Made by a program: the position numbers and the translations under genes
In this document: in pieces, positions 38,301-46,678 of the stretch
How the letters are laid out: every line of letters starts with the position of its first letter
How positions within the stretch are numbered: the stretch's first letter is position 1
Notes under the pieces: model-generated
What the model saw: only the letters and a program-made list of their open reading frames with translations
Told to the model about the DNA's origin: nothing
Database searches by the model: none
NCBI GenBank assembly: GCA_964523975.1
Contig: CAZGBM010000001.1
Location: forward strand, 6,116-70,115
Reading direction: 5' to 3'
Length of the DNA stretch: 64,000 nucleotides
Source: an uncultured bacterium
Lineage (GTDB): Bacteria > Hydrothermota > UBA3072

Positions 38301-39237
38301 TAGTTACCATGAGTACAATTCTCCGGACGGATACCATTTCAGCGGAATTTATCGCCAACTTGGCGCTGTACAACCTGGTTATATTAGTTTTTATATCCGT
38401 TCCGGGTCTACTACTACACATGATGCCTATTTTGTACTACAAAATAGCACTGGTTATGACGCAATCTGGTTTTTCGCAAAAGGAGGCGGATATCTTTATG
38501 TCAATTCAAATGTTGGTGGAGACGAAACGTATGCATATACCGCCGAAACATGGTATCATATCGAGTTTAAAAATATTGATTTCATTACAAAAACTTTTGA
38601 CTACTATGTCAATGAAAACATGGTAAAGGCAAGTATTCCCTTCCGAGATGCTCAGTATATTGAAGACTTTGACCATCTGGATATTTACAATTTTAGCGGT
38701 GGTTCGCAGGCTTGGTGGGATGAGATTTTAATTTTGACAGGAGAGTTCCCTACCTGGGTCGTGGTTGATACCCTTTCGGGTACAATTTCATCAGGTGACA
38801 GTGTTAATATAGAGGTTACTTTTGATGCGACAGGTTTAGACATCGGCTATTATTTCGCAGAAATCATTATTGAAAGTAACGATCCGGATAATCTCCAAGT
38901 AATTGTTCCAGCTCATTTGCATGTACTTGGCAGCGGGATAGAAGAAAGGGCGATTCCGAAAGTCTTCTCTATTTCTCAAAACTATCCTAACCCATTCAAT
39001 CGCCAAACAACGATAATGTACGGATGCCCGAAAAGTTCCAAAGTTGAGATTCGAATTTTCGACATTACGGGAAGGTTGGTAGCAACTCTTGTGAATAGAG
39101 AAGTCGAAGCCGGATATCACGAAGTAATCTGGAACGGATGCACCGATTCCGGCAATAAAGTTGTAGGTGGTATATATTTCTATAAAATGAAGACAAGTGA
39201 CTTTATGGCAACTAAGAAGATGATTCTTTTACGGTAA
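32341..39237 (+). CDS. Giant (2298 aa) secreted gingipain-like C25 cysteine peptidase with ThuA-like, choice-of-anchor-D/ASH-like and LamG-like domains and a T9SS C-terminal sorting domain
   Basis: Signal peptide; C25 propeptide; catalytic His (GHGNEYG) and Cys (NSIACMSGG) about 37 aa apart. Two flavodoxin/ThuA-like segments. At least four repeats ending ...DPDEP..VPAHLHVTG and three CLEPPDISVSPDSL...IYNTG repeats. Concanavalin-like region. C-terminus NYPNPFN...IFDITGRLV...GIYFYKM matches the Por/T9SS CTD. Confidence 0.8.
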   Translation: MKILCKKEVIFLFFFALIASAGVIQKELTFDKNDISFAKIDKYDFIRLKGCESTVETGAPSLPRASFSLLIPQGAEVIDVEVISVDKEVISGEYDIYPTQHPQPFIKGKVFPFVEPDKNIYTQATPYPEKIIESSHTGSMSGYRLASLLIYPIQYIPKDKQLIFYSRIKFRVTYKENVRSLNTKTEKQKMIFEERVKKLVLNPEDIGMSEPSVGLSGSLALLSDTVEYVIVTTSSLKEPFQELADWKTKKGIPARVVTLDSIYANYSGVDNAEKVRNFIIDANSSWGTIWVLLGGQCDYEWGQEIVPRRNVWYVTSGGGNYNDEDTIPSDLYFSDLDGNWNADGDGVFGESTDDVDFYSDVFVGRAPVRTLAQAEIFVNKVLTYEKNPPSGYQKKILLPAAYLWPFIYDERTSQEAISNIVPSDWQVTKMYERDGNLIHSTFVDSVRAGFGFAHLIGHGNEYGVYTYYADAYINSDDMDALGNGDLLGIHNSIACMSGGLDLVPDGDCFAEHYLTPSTGGSFSIMNSRYGWGQPPNMGPSEHIDTCFYHEIFRENYLYHDHIGVAHAFSKDGYVPQVTWSSLWPWCIYELNLFGDPEMPLWTDTPAKLTVTHDFVIPVGGSSFAVNVTDGGSGVEDALVCLYKEGEVYERGYTDASGNLTLTLSPPPASLGLMCCTVTKSNYLPYEDSVDVISPFGPWVIFDSYSVLDISGNNDGNVDPGENIKLWLIVHNVGLDTAYSITGILRTTDSYVIIADSMEGFGDIPPDSFLSSLEDFDFDVALECPANHVITFELVVRDINDSTWVSCFSVPISTPDITVSADTIIFDTVFVDYSDTLELLVNNIGRDTLVISDITSDNIDYSIDITGFNLPPNESQPVRVIFAPASEGSSTGNLTVASNDLDEPSLTVFLRGEGLEPPDISFSPDSVSDSLFAGETTTHTLTIYNTGESELNFDISIMELLSTTKAPNISFKVTEFKSNKIAIPDENSGTVNEFGAKFSKRIYKSSAPTLALENILVMENGPGSYHYNTALDNLGLSRTLVTYWDELHMELNSGTQWELVIVNSYSNIPSNEILDLLNDYQAEGGLLIYADWALYNYSSHSLLTSLGIGFVSDFTTPLNFYAVNTGHVLFNNPNDIDSLYWTDNQYNRDAEIVDVLPGATQLAYLEGYPDNGAIVLNARKNCLFNAFQSMNFNVDDDGDEKLDIVELIENEIRFLSMRWLSVDPFSGTIPSADSVLVEITFDATNLYGGNYFADIIITSNDPDEPRVRVPAHLHVTGVPDISVSEDTLNYGIVFTGYSATDTLIIENVGTDSLSVNDISSDNPDFTVDVTNFTLDPGKTHGIVVTFTPGSLGMVTGTLTIDCDDPDEPTIDIALQGECLEPPDISVSPDSLRDSLFTGETSTHTLTIYNTGLSELIFDILIEGEGEAEPLVSLNTRMSIEDKKINTTGPQKSISGETAAVNQSNSPVQLYKSSKTRGTQDIAILGPDGSDSNLYLDDIARYLINSGQFSSVTTINGYLVTPTLAELKTFDAVGAFGWYGWNDAVAVGDILADYVDAGGNLFIAFAANGTGGDWMIEGRFDTENYWLISPYSYNGGTSYHMGNVYEPDHPIMDGVSTLISRSKLNSGTSVSPGTTLLAEFLDGTPLAAINKVGYSRRVDISFPFFTSAVSNWGIDTTSDTKLLIINALDWVMGSDWLSENPTTDTVPPGDSVKIEITFDATGLYGGDYFSNIIIASNDPDEPGVVVPAHLHVTGVPDIDVSEDTLDYGIVFAGSSVTDTLIISNKGTDTLTISNIATDYYNFIIDTTNFTLNPKESQKVLITFTPISLGTIIRVLRIYCDDPDESTVTLFLRGECLEPPDISVSPNSLNDTLSEGEISRHILAIYNTGASDLNFNITIEKSDSSGVKSAKNSKQPIALSSSVIRESSILSLEETAEHTPFDFHSTPRQFAPPMIFRDNFEDGNYDGWLSGEGSGTKEVTNSTAANGTVYSYHEYNSPDGYHFSGIYRQLGAVQPGYISFYIRSGSTTTHDAYFVLQNSTGYDAIWFFAKGGGYLYVNSNVGGDETYAYTAETWYHIEFKNIDFITKTFDYYVNENMVKASIPFRDAQYIEDFDHLDIYNFSGGSQAWWDEILILTGEFPTWVVVDTLSGTISSGDSVNIEVTFDATGLDIGYYFAEIIIESNDPDNLQVIVPAHLHVLGSGIEERAIPKVFSISQNYPNPFNRQTTIMYGCPKSSKVEIRIFDITGRLVATLVNREVEAGYHEVIWNGCTDSGNKVVGGIYFYKMKTSDFMATKKMILLR

Positions 39238-39253
39238 GCAGGAAAAAATTACA

Positions 39254-39949
39254 TCATTTTCTACCTACAGGCATTATATATAAAGGAACCTCTTCCTTCA
39301 AATCCAGGAGTTCTTTAACCTTATCATCCCAGAAAGCGCCCACCACAACGGTCCCTAAACCTAAAGCTTCTGCCTGCAGGTAAACATTTTGAGCTGCATG
39401 CCCGGCTTCCATATATGTATATCTGATACCTCTTTCTCCATATTTTTTTGTTATTCTATCGTAAACTCCTGAAATTACTATATCTACAGCACCATTTTTA
39501 ACGCAAGATTGATCGAGCGCAGCAAACGAAAGAGCTGATCTAAAGTCACCATTCTTCATTTTAACAATTTCATGGCTAAAAGGAAGATACCTGTATATCC
39601 CTTCTTGGAGCGAAAACACTTTCCCTACAACAGCAAAGATTTCAAGAGGATAAAGTGCACCGGCAGAAGGAACTGTTCTAAAATTTCTTTCTTTGTCTGT
39701 GATTCCCTGCACCGACCACAAAAGTTGTGAAAGCTCGCTTAAATCGATCGGTTTATTGAGATAATTTCTGATTGACCTTCTATTTAATATGGCTTCTTCA
39801 ACCGAAACCTGACTTTTATATCTAGGCTCTGGTAGTTTTATTGTATTTTTCTTTCCGGGCATTGTTTCACCTCCTGAGATTCTTAAAAAAGTTACAAAAA
39901 AAGACGAAAAAGCGGCTAATATAACTATGATTTTCACAAATTTTTTCAT
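39254..39949 (-). CDS. SagB-type (nitroreductase-fold) dehydrogenase with N-terminal signal/TM segment
   Basis: 231 aa; RRSIRNY...LSQLLWSVQGIT...TVPSAGALYPLEIF signature of the SagB-type dehydrogenase domain; hydrophobic N-terminus MKKFVKIIVILAAFSSFFV. Confidence 0.7.
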   Translation of the reverse strand: MKKFVKIIVILAAFSSFFVTFLRISGGETMPGKKNTIKLPEPRYKSQVSVEEAILNRRSIRNYLNKPIDLSELSQLLWSVQGITDKERNFRTVPSAGALYPLEIFAVVGKVFSLQEGIYRYLPFSHEIVKMKNGDFRSALSFAALDQSCVKNGAVDIVISGVYDRITKKYGERGIRYTYMEAGHAAQNVYLQAEALGLGTVVVGAFWDDKVKELLDLKEEVPLYIMPVGRK

Positions 39950-40102
39950 ATAAACCTCCCTAATTAATAATAAACTAATAAGATACTTTAGGCAAGAGTT
40001 AATCGCCTGAAAAAAATATAAAAACCATAATTGGTAACTTCCAATAACAATAATTCTCTATAACAAGCTTGACAAATCTGATTTTTTACTTAAAATTATA
40101 AC

Positions 40103-40933
40103 ATGAAAATTAAAGTTCTGGGAACAAGAGGTTCTATCCCGACACCCGGTAAGGAAACAATTAAATACGGCGGCAACACAACATGCATAGATCTGACTAT
40201 AAACAGTGGAAAAAAAATAATCATTGATGCGGGCTCGGGAATCAGGCTTCTTTCGAAAGAGATTATTTCAAAAAAAATAAATCATATCGACCTATTTCTT
40301 ACCCACTCTCATTGGGACCATATACAGGGCTTCCCCTTTTTCGTCCCCATTTATAATCCCAATTTCTCAATAAAGATATTCGCTGCTTCTCCCACCTATG
40401 AAAAATTAGTGGATATCCTCAAAGGTCAAATGAAACACCTTTATTATCCTGTTCCATTTAGAAAAATCGGAGCTAAAATCGAATTCGAAAAGATAAGAAA
40501 ATCCGGTATTTCGATTGACGGTGTAAAAATCAGTTCGATATTAACAAACCATCCTCTCGACACTCATGCTTTCAAGTTTGAAGAAAACGGGAAAACATTT
40601 GTATTTATGAGCGATAACGAACTTGACCATCAGGATATTGCTACTGTGCCATATGAAAAACATCTGAATTTTGTAAATAACGCCGATATTCTTTTCCACG
40701 ACGCACAGTACGAAAAACCGGAGATAGATAAGCATAAAGGGTGGGGACATTCCTCGTGGGAGCAAACTGTTTCTTTCGCAAAAGAAGCAAAAATAAAAAT
40801 GCTTTACTTAACTCATTACGATCCGTCAAAAAAAGACAAACAAATAGATAAAATCCTAAAGATAGCTAATAAATTATCCGGCAAAGGATTAAAAGTAAAG
40901 GGCGCTCAAGAAGACAAAGAAATTAAATTATAA
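40103..40933 (+). CDS. MBL-fold metallo-hydrolase
   Basis: 276 aa; THSHWDHIQG metal-binding motif. Confidence 0.7.
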   Translation: MKIKVLGTRGSIPTPGKETIKYGGNTTCIDLTINSGKKIIIDAGSGIRLLSKEIISKKINHIDLFLTHSHWDHIQGFPFFVPIYNPNFSIKIFAASPTYEKLVDILKGQMKHLYYPVPFRKIGAKIEFEKIRKSGISIDGVKISSILTNHPLDTHAFKFEENGKTFVFMSDNELDHQDIATVPYEKHLNFVNNADILFHDAQYEKPEIDKHKGWGHSSWEQTVSFAKEAKIKMLYLTHYDPSKKDKQIDKILKIANKLSGKGLKVKGAQEDKEIKL

Positions 40934-40966
40934 AAACTCCTAAATTGAACATTTAATTTATGTTTT

Positions 40967-41965
40967 ATGAAAATTTTATTAGCAGATGATGATAAGAAAA
41001 TATTAAGTTCACTTTCAAATATTCTTTCTCTCCAGGGACACCATTGCAAAACCACTTCAGATGGTTACGAAGCAGTTACTGAGTATAAAAAAAACATCTA
41101 TGATTGTATACTTCTTGATATTGAGATGCCTATAATGAACGGTATAGAAGCAGCAAAAACGCTGATTAGCATAAATCCTGATGTATCAATAATAATGGTT
41201 ACGGCATTCAAAGACATTGACATAATAAGAAGTACCATGCGAGTAGGCGTATTTGACTATCTTGTAAAACCCGTTTTCCCCGAAGAAATTGTAAGAGTCC
41301 TCGAAAAAGTAAAAGAAAGAAATTTTCTCCTGCAAATAAAAAAAGATTATCAAATAGAGTTGGAAAAAAAGATTAAGGAACAACGCGAAAAAATTGAAAG
41401 GAAAATGTTAGATACCATTACCTCTCTGGTCAATGCTCTCGAAACAAAAGATCCCTATCAGGAAGGGCACTCAAAACAGGTTAAAGAAATTGCTCTAAAA
41501 ATTGCAGATAAGCTTGGCTATTCCAAAAAAGAAAAAGAAATGCTTGGATACGCATCTTTGATTCATGATATAGGTAAAGTCGGCATACCCGATTCTATAT
41601 TAATGAAACCTAATACTCTAACAGAAAAGGAATATGACATAATGAAAAAACACCCGGAAATAGGTAACTTCATAATTAATCCAGCTATCGGAAATAAAAA
41701 AATACTAAACGCCGTCCTTCATCATCATGAAAGATTTGACGGTGAAGGTTTTCCGGAAAGACTAAAAGGGAAAAATATTCCCCAATCAGCAAGGATACTT
41801 GCTATTGCAGATTCTTTAAGTGCAATGTTATCAAAAAGACCCTACCGAAAAGGACTCGAAAAAAAACACATTATAAAAGAACTAATAACTAATTCCGGAA
41901 CTCAATTTGATCCGGAATTAGTTGAAATAAGTCTAAACCTTATAAGAGAAAATAAAATCAAGTAA
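40967..41965 (+). CDS. Response regulator with receiver and HD-GYP domains (RpfG-like c-di-GMP phosphodiesterase)
   Basis: 332 aa; receiver domain with phospho-acceptor Asp (LLDIEMP); HD motif IHDIGKVGIPDSIL; HHERFDGEGFPERLKG. Confidence 0.8.
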   Translation: MKILLADDDKKILSSLSNILSLQGHHCKTTSDGYEAVTEYKKNIYDCILLDIEMPIMNGIEAAKTLISINPDVSIIMVTAFKDIDIIRSTMRVGVFDYLVKPVFPEEIVRVLEKVKERNFLLQIKKDYQIELEKKIKEQREKIERKMLDTITSLVNALETKDPYQEGHSKQVKEIALKIADKLGYSKKEKEMLGYASLIHDIGKVGIPDSILMKPNTLTEKEYDIMKKHPEIGNFIINPAIGNKKILNAVLHHHERFDGEGFPERLKGKNIPQSARILAIADSLSAMLSKRPYRKGLEKKHIIKELITNSGTQFDPELVEISLNLIRENKIK

Positions 41966-42049
41966 AAATTCTGAAAATTATTATACACAAATAAGTTAAG
42001 TCAATTTTTATTTTTCGACTAAAATCCTGTATCTAAAATTATAACCAAA

Positions 42050-42652
42050 TTATACTTCGTCAGGTCGCGAAAATTCAATAGATATTTTCTTATCAACGAC
42101 AGACACCTCTCCACCCACTCTACTAAGCGTTTTTTTCATGGCATAAAATGGGAGAAATTCAATGTTACCGGAAAGTTCCTGAAAAGCACTAACAGATAAT
42201 TTGGTAAAAGAAGGAGAAACAAAACTGATAAGACAACTCTTATCCGTCACATTAACAGATAAATCATAATTACCGCCACAAAATTCGATCAAGGTATCAA
42301 AAACAAAAATGAGTTTTTCTTTATCTATCTCCAAAACACAAGAATTTTCGGTTTTTATATTATAATTCTCTTCTATAAATTTACCTATTTCCACTTCTTC
42401 CAAATTAAGATTTCTATATTTTAAATAAGGTTCATAAAGCATCTGTAGTTCTTTTGTTTCTTCGTCTAAATCATTAAGTATGTTTTCTTCAATTAATCCT
42501 CGCAACGCTACAATGAATTGCTGAATTCCTCTGACCTTATGATCTATTGTCGAAAGTATCTCTACGGTAACTATTTTGTGAAATTTTTCCATTTCTCCGT
42601 ATTCCATATACAAAAACAATATACGAAAAAAACCCAATATGTCAAGAGCCAA
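42050..42652 (-). CDS. Hypothetical protein
   Basis: 200 aa ORF, no recognisable motif; convergent with the HD-GYP regulator. Confidence 0.4.
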   Translation of the reverse strand: MALDILGFFRILFLYMEYGEMEKFHKIVTVEILSTIDHKVRGIQQFIVALRGLIEENILNDLDEETKELQMLYEPYLKYRNLNLEEVEIGKFIEENYNIKTENSCVLEIDKEKLIFVFDTLIEFCGGNYDLSVNVTDKSCLISFVSPSFTKLSVSAFQELSGNIEFLPFYAMKKTLSRVGGEVSVVDKKISIEFSRPDEV

Positions 42653-42671
42653 ATTAGGGAAAAACCTAATA

Positions 42672-43829
42672 TTATTTTAATTCCTTTCTAATAACCTTTG
42701 TTTCGGAAAAAAGTCTTTCAATTTTTTTTCTGTAAGACTCATCTAAATCTTTATCTCTTCTCCGCATAACTTTAATGGCTGTATCGATAGCTTTATCCAC
42801 CTTATATTCTTCCATGTCTCCCCCCCACCAGCTAAAAGGAGGTACATATTTAGGAGGAAAACCTCTTCCAAACAAATTACAAAAAGGTTCAACAATTGTG
42901 CCCGTATTAAAAGAGGTATTGATAGCGGTTTTCGAGTGATCTCCAATTATCAATCCAAGAAACTGCATACCTGTCTCGTAACGTTTTCCCTCTAAGACAA
43001 CACTTATTTTACTATAATTATTTTTTAAATCGGAATTAGTTGTACCTGCTCCCAAATTCACCCATTCACCAACAAAAGCATGTCCAAGAAAACCTACATG
43101 CTGTTTATTAGAATAACCCTGAAATATACTGCCTTCAATCTCACCTGAAGCTTTCACTAACTCACCAATCGCCACAATATCCAAAAGACTTGCGGGCTTG
43201 ATTTTAGAACGCTTACCTATATAAGCAGGACCTTTGACACAACAATGGCTTTCAATAACCACACCGTCATCAATCCAGATCGGAGCATCTTCCGCATTTA
43301 AAACAACGTACTCCGCAAGCTCCACACCATTACCTATATAAACATTTTTCTTATTTCTTATACTAACAAAATTCCCTATCGGACTTAAAATTTCACCTAA
43401 AGACAAATCTTTACTTAAGTCCGTATTCAATCTTTCCGAGAGACCAGCTATTACGTCCCATATAAAATTATAAGCAGGTATTTCCTTTGTAATTACATTG
43501 AACCCACTAAAATTTTTATCTTCAATAATTTTATTACCTCTGTACCCAAGAATATCACCGTCGTTATTAATAACACATGTATTTCTGTCCAGATCATTAA
43601 AAAAACTAAAGTCCCTTAACCTCGCATTCAAAAAAAGAGTATCGTCCTTCACTTTAAATTTGTCCCCGTAATCCTTTCTTAAAGAAAGGGTTGACGGTTT
43701 TATCTTGAATTGCAGAAACACCCTTTCTTTCTGTGTCCACCTACCGGTCCTGATCTCATCGACTGTACGCAATCTTGCAATAGGAAAGAAATTGCTGACT
43801 TTTTCATCCTCAAATAAAACAATCTTCAT
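42672..43829 (-). CDS. Putative sugar nucleotidyltransferase with C-terminal left-handed beta-helix (GlmU-like)
   Basis: 385 aa; N-terminus MKIVLFEDE...PIARLRTVDEIRTGRWT; hexapeptide-repeat C-terminal half. Confidence 0.55.
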   Translation of the reverse strand: MKIVLFEDEKVSNFFPIARLRTVDEIRTGRWTQKERVFLQFKIKPSTLSLRKDYGDKFKVKDDTLFLNARLRDFSFFNDLDRNTCVINNDGDILGYRGNKIIEDKNFSGFNVITKEIPAYNFIWDVIAGLSERLNTDLSKDLSLGEILSPIGNFVSIRNKKNVYIGNGVELAEYVVLNAEDAPIWIDDGVVIESHCCVKGPAYIGKRSKIKPASLLDIVAIGELVKASGEIEGSIFQGYSNKQHVGFLGHAFVGEWVNLGAGTTNSDLKNNYSKISVVLEGKRYETGMQFLGLIIGDHSKTAINTSFNTGTIVEPFCNLFGRGFPPKYVPPFSWWGGDMEEYKVDKAIDTAIKVMRRRDKDLDESYRKKIERLFSETKVIRKELK

Positions 43830-43859
43830 AGTTGTATTTTATTGAATTAAGAGCATAAG

Positions 43860-46667
43860 TCAAGGGTTGAAATCGGCGGTAACACCCATTCTTATGTTAT
43901 AATATGTTTCTCCTGAACTAAGCTCATGAATTTTTCCGTTTATCACGAGATGAACTTTCTCGGTAAAATCGAGGGTAATGGAAGAATTCAAATCGTAAAA
44001 AAATCCTGGTGGATAAAGATCGTTCATCCTATAAGAATTAACGTTCCCATCAGCATAATAATTATAGCCTAGGGTGACCTGAATCAGGCCGTTTTTTTTA
44101 TCCCCGGAAATCATGTATCCTAAACCTATAATTGGGGAAAAAAGAGTATCTTCTCCTGTTGTAAAGAGACCTTCTAGTTTAAATTCGATGCCCTTCTCAT
44201 TCCAGAAACTTATAAATCCACCAAATTTATCTTCTTCCGAGCTCCACTCCCTTGTTAATCCCAGTTCCTTATAGCCACTTGAGCTGTTTTCCCATCCAAA
44301 ATCAATCTTTTTGTAATCGCGGTCAGGAAAACTCAAAAAGGCTTCTCCGTTATTGGATTTAAAATTTCCTTTAAAAAAGACTTTATTTTTGCTTTCCTTA
44401 GGAAACTTAACACCTATTAAACCATCGTTTGTAGACGCCAGTCCCGGATTATACGTCGAATTAAAGTATCCGTTGAGTATAATTGCCAGCTCGCTACGAA
44501 CAGAAATGCTTGCCGAGTATTCTTTCGAGTCTCTTTCCTCTCCTGTATATATAATTCTTTGAACATAATCTCCGTATGGATTTTCATAATAAGTATTGGA
44601 AGTTGAATCAAACGAGTAATTCCCCTCTCCGGGATTTACATTTTGATAATATTTTTCCCAGATGCTTGCCTTCTTTCTGGAAACATTAAACTGACTCCTT
44701 AAATGGAAATCATTTAAATTAAAATTCGTATTTAGAGTACCATTAGTAATTACTTTCATTTCCCCGGAACTCAAATGTTTCCTGTAAATTTGTGATGCAA
44801 TTAGCGATATTCCTCTGTATTTAAAATCGGTTTTTGCGGAATAAACTTTAGCTGTGTCTATCTGGTTTCTGCCTTCCAAGCCGTATGCCAGAGCAAGATA
44901 TGAACTGCTCAAAGAGATTTCCTTTTTATAATCATCTTCTCTCTGAAAATTCCTATAAAAAACTTCATAATTATTTAATTTAAATCCTCCTTTCAAATCT
45001 TTTCGGTAGTCCTTTATGTCTTCCCAATAGAAATAAAAAGGTAGGAAACTGAGATTTATTTTATCTTTACGAATAGAATCGGCTTTCCCATAAGTATAAG
45101 AACATTTAATCCTTGAATTCGGAATGAGCTTCACTCCGCATTCCAAAAAATCAGAAGGGAAAACAGCCAGTTCCCAGGTTTTCAATAAATCCTTTTCTCC
45201 TTCCCATTCTCTCGTAACAAAATCAGCTGTCTTTTTAGAATAATTAATAGAAAAACTTAAAAATCGATAGGGATTATAGTCGGTATCAATTTTTGCATTT
45301 AAACCATCCTTTTCTAATCCTCCGACAGGCATTCTAATTCTTCTGGCTTTAATATCACTCGATACAGCAATTTTTTCTGATTTCTTATTTAACCCAAACG
45401 AAAGAAGGTTATCCTCTTCTCCAAGAGGGACTTTCCTTTTAACGGAATATGGGCCGTCACCTGTCCATAAAAAATAATGCAAAGAATCTACATATAAATA
45501 TTCGCCATTTCCCTCTCCCACCCAATCAAAATACACTTCATATGAACCATTTTTATAACCTTCATAAACAAAAATAGAATCTTGCAGTTCGTAATCGCCA
45601 TTGCCTTCTCCGACATCCACAGCCGAATAACGATACCCGAAACCGGAATCAGGATAGGACTCTATTAATTCTTTCTCCGAGAAGTCTTCTTTCCTTGTAA
45701 AAGAAAGAGAATAATCTCTATTTTCAAAACCGGTTTTATAGAAAACATTACTTTCCCCATAAATGCTATATTGAAAAAGCACGAGAACCACTGATTCGTT
45801 ATCAAGGAAAACAGAAGGATTAAACGTAAGAGAATTTTCCGAGTAATTTATTACGTAATCTTTTTCTTTTCCGTTTTGCAATAGTCTTCCGTCGAGCCAA
45901 ACCTGTTCGGATCCTCTTACTATTGAAATGCCGCTTATGTTTTCTTCGGAACTGATTTTGTAAGGACCCTGTTTATTCTCGACGGTTTTAAAAGTGTTTT
46001 TTCCGTATTTAGCCTTGGAAATCCCCGCGACTCCGGATATATTTCTCCAGTTAGAAGATACTCCAAGTAATCTTTTATCTACATCTTCATCAACAGTCAC
46101 AATGTCACCGATTCTAAAAGACATATTATCGGAAATTGCTTCGATAAATATTTCGTCTATTTCGCGCAAGTTCTGAGAAACCGCCCCTTTAGGAATATTT
46201 TCATCGGAAAGGATTCCGGAAACATCAAACTGCCCGGCCCTCCCCCCTATTTTCATCCACAAACTCTGGCTTATGTCTGTTCCGCTTGATTTTACATCCA
46301 CAAACAATCCTTTGTTTCCATTTATAATAAGCTGATTTTTATCTTGAGGTTTTAAGTCCTCTATAATCTCCGCATTGGAAGGTTTTATTGTATCGGATAT
46401 CCATCTTAAGTAAGTTTCATTCAAAACAACATCCAGATGTGAAAATTTAAATTTTATCGATAATGAACATTTCTCTTTAATTTTCAATTTACCGTCTCTA
46501 TAATTTATTATATAAGCCGAATCTCTTATCAGCAGTTTCTCTCCACACCACAAACTGTCAGAGCCTTTAATAACAAAGGAATAACCAAGGTTAATCACCG
46601 ATGTATCCGGCGAATCAATTATTAATATTTCAGATGATATGGAAAACAATAATAATATCAAATACAA
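43860..46667 (-). CDS. Large secreted, probably outer-membrane protein, function unknown
   Basis: 935 aa; hydrophobic N-terminus, Tyr/Gly/Asn-rich alternating beta-strand-like pattern in the C-terminal half. Confidence 0.5.
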   Translation of the reverse strand: MYLILLLFSISSEILIIDSPDTSVINLGYSFVIKGSDSLWCGEKLLIRDSAYIINYRDGKLKIKEKCSLSIKFKFSHLDVVLNETYLRWISDTIKPSNAEIIEDLKPQDKNQLIINGNKGLFVDVKSSGTDISQSLWMKIGGRAGQFDVSGILSDENIPKGAVSQNLREIDEIFIEAISDNMSFRIGDIVTVDEDVDKRLLGVSSNWRNISGVAGISKAKYGKNTFKTVENKQGPYKISSEENISGISIVRGSEQVWLDGRLLQNGKEKDYVINYSENSLTFNPSVFLDNESVVLVLFQYSIYGESNVFYKTGFENRDYSLSFTRKEDFSEKELIESYPDSGFGYRYSAVDVGEGNGDYELQDSIFVYEGYKNGSYEVYFDWVGEGNGEYLYVDSLHYFLWTGDGPYSVKRKVPLGEEDNLLSFGLNKKSEKIAVSSDIKARRIRMPVGGLEKDGLNAKIDTDYNPYRFLSFSINYSKKTADFVTREWEGEKDLLKTWELAVFPSDFLECGVKLIPNSRIKCSYTYGKADSIRKDKINLSFLPFYFYWEDIKDYRKDLKGGFKLNNYEVFYRNFQREDDYKKEISLSSSYLALAYGLEGRNQIDTAKVYSAKTDFKYRGISLIASQIYRKHLSSGEMKVITNGTLNTNFNLNDFHLRSQFNVSRKKASIWEKYYQNVNPGEGNYSFDSTSNTYYENPYGDYVQRIIYTGEERDSKEYSASISVRSELAIILNGYFNSTYNPGLASTNDGLIGVKFPKESKNKVFFKGNFKSNNGEAFLSFPDRDYKKIDFGWENSSSGYKELGLTREWSSEEDKFGGFISFWNEKGIEFKLEGLFTTGEDTLFSPIIGLGYMISGDKKNGLIQVTLGYNYYADGNVNSYRMNDLYPPGFFYDLNSSITLDFTEKVHLVINGKIHELSSGETYYNIRMGVTADFNP

Positions 46668-46678
46668 TCATAACTCCA

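Noticed and set aside
42050-42652. Anti-sigma-factor or histidine-kinase-like ATPase partner for the HD-GYP response regulator
   Set aside because: No G1/G2 ATP-lid or STAS motifs could be recognised by eye; left as hypothetical.
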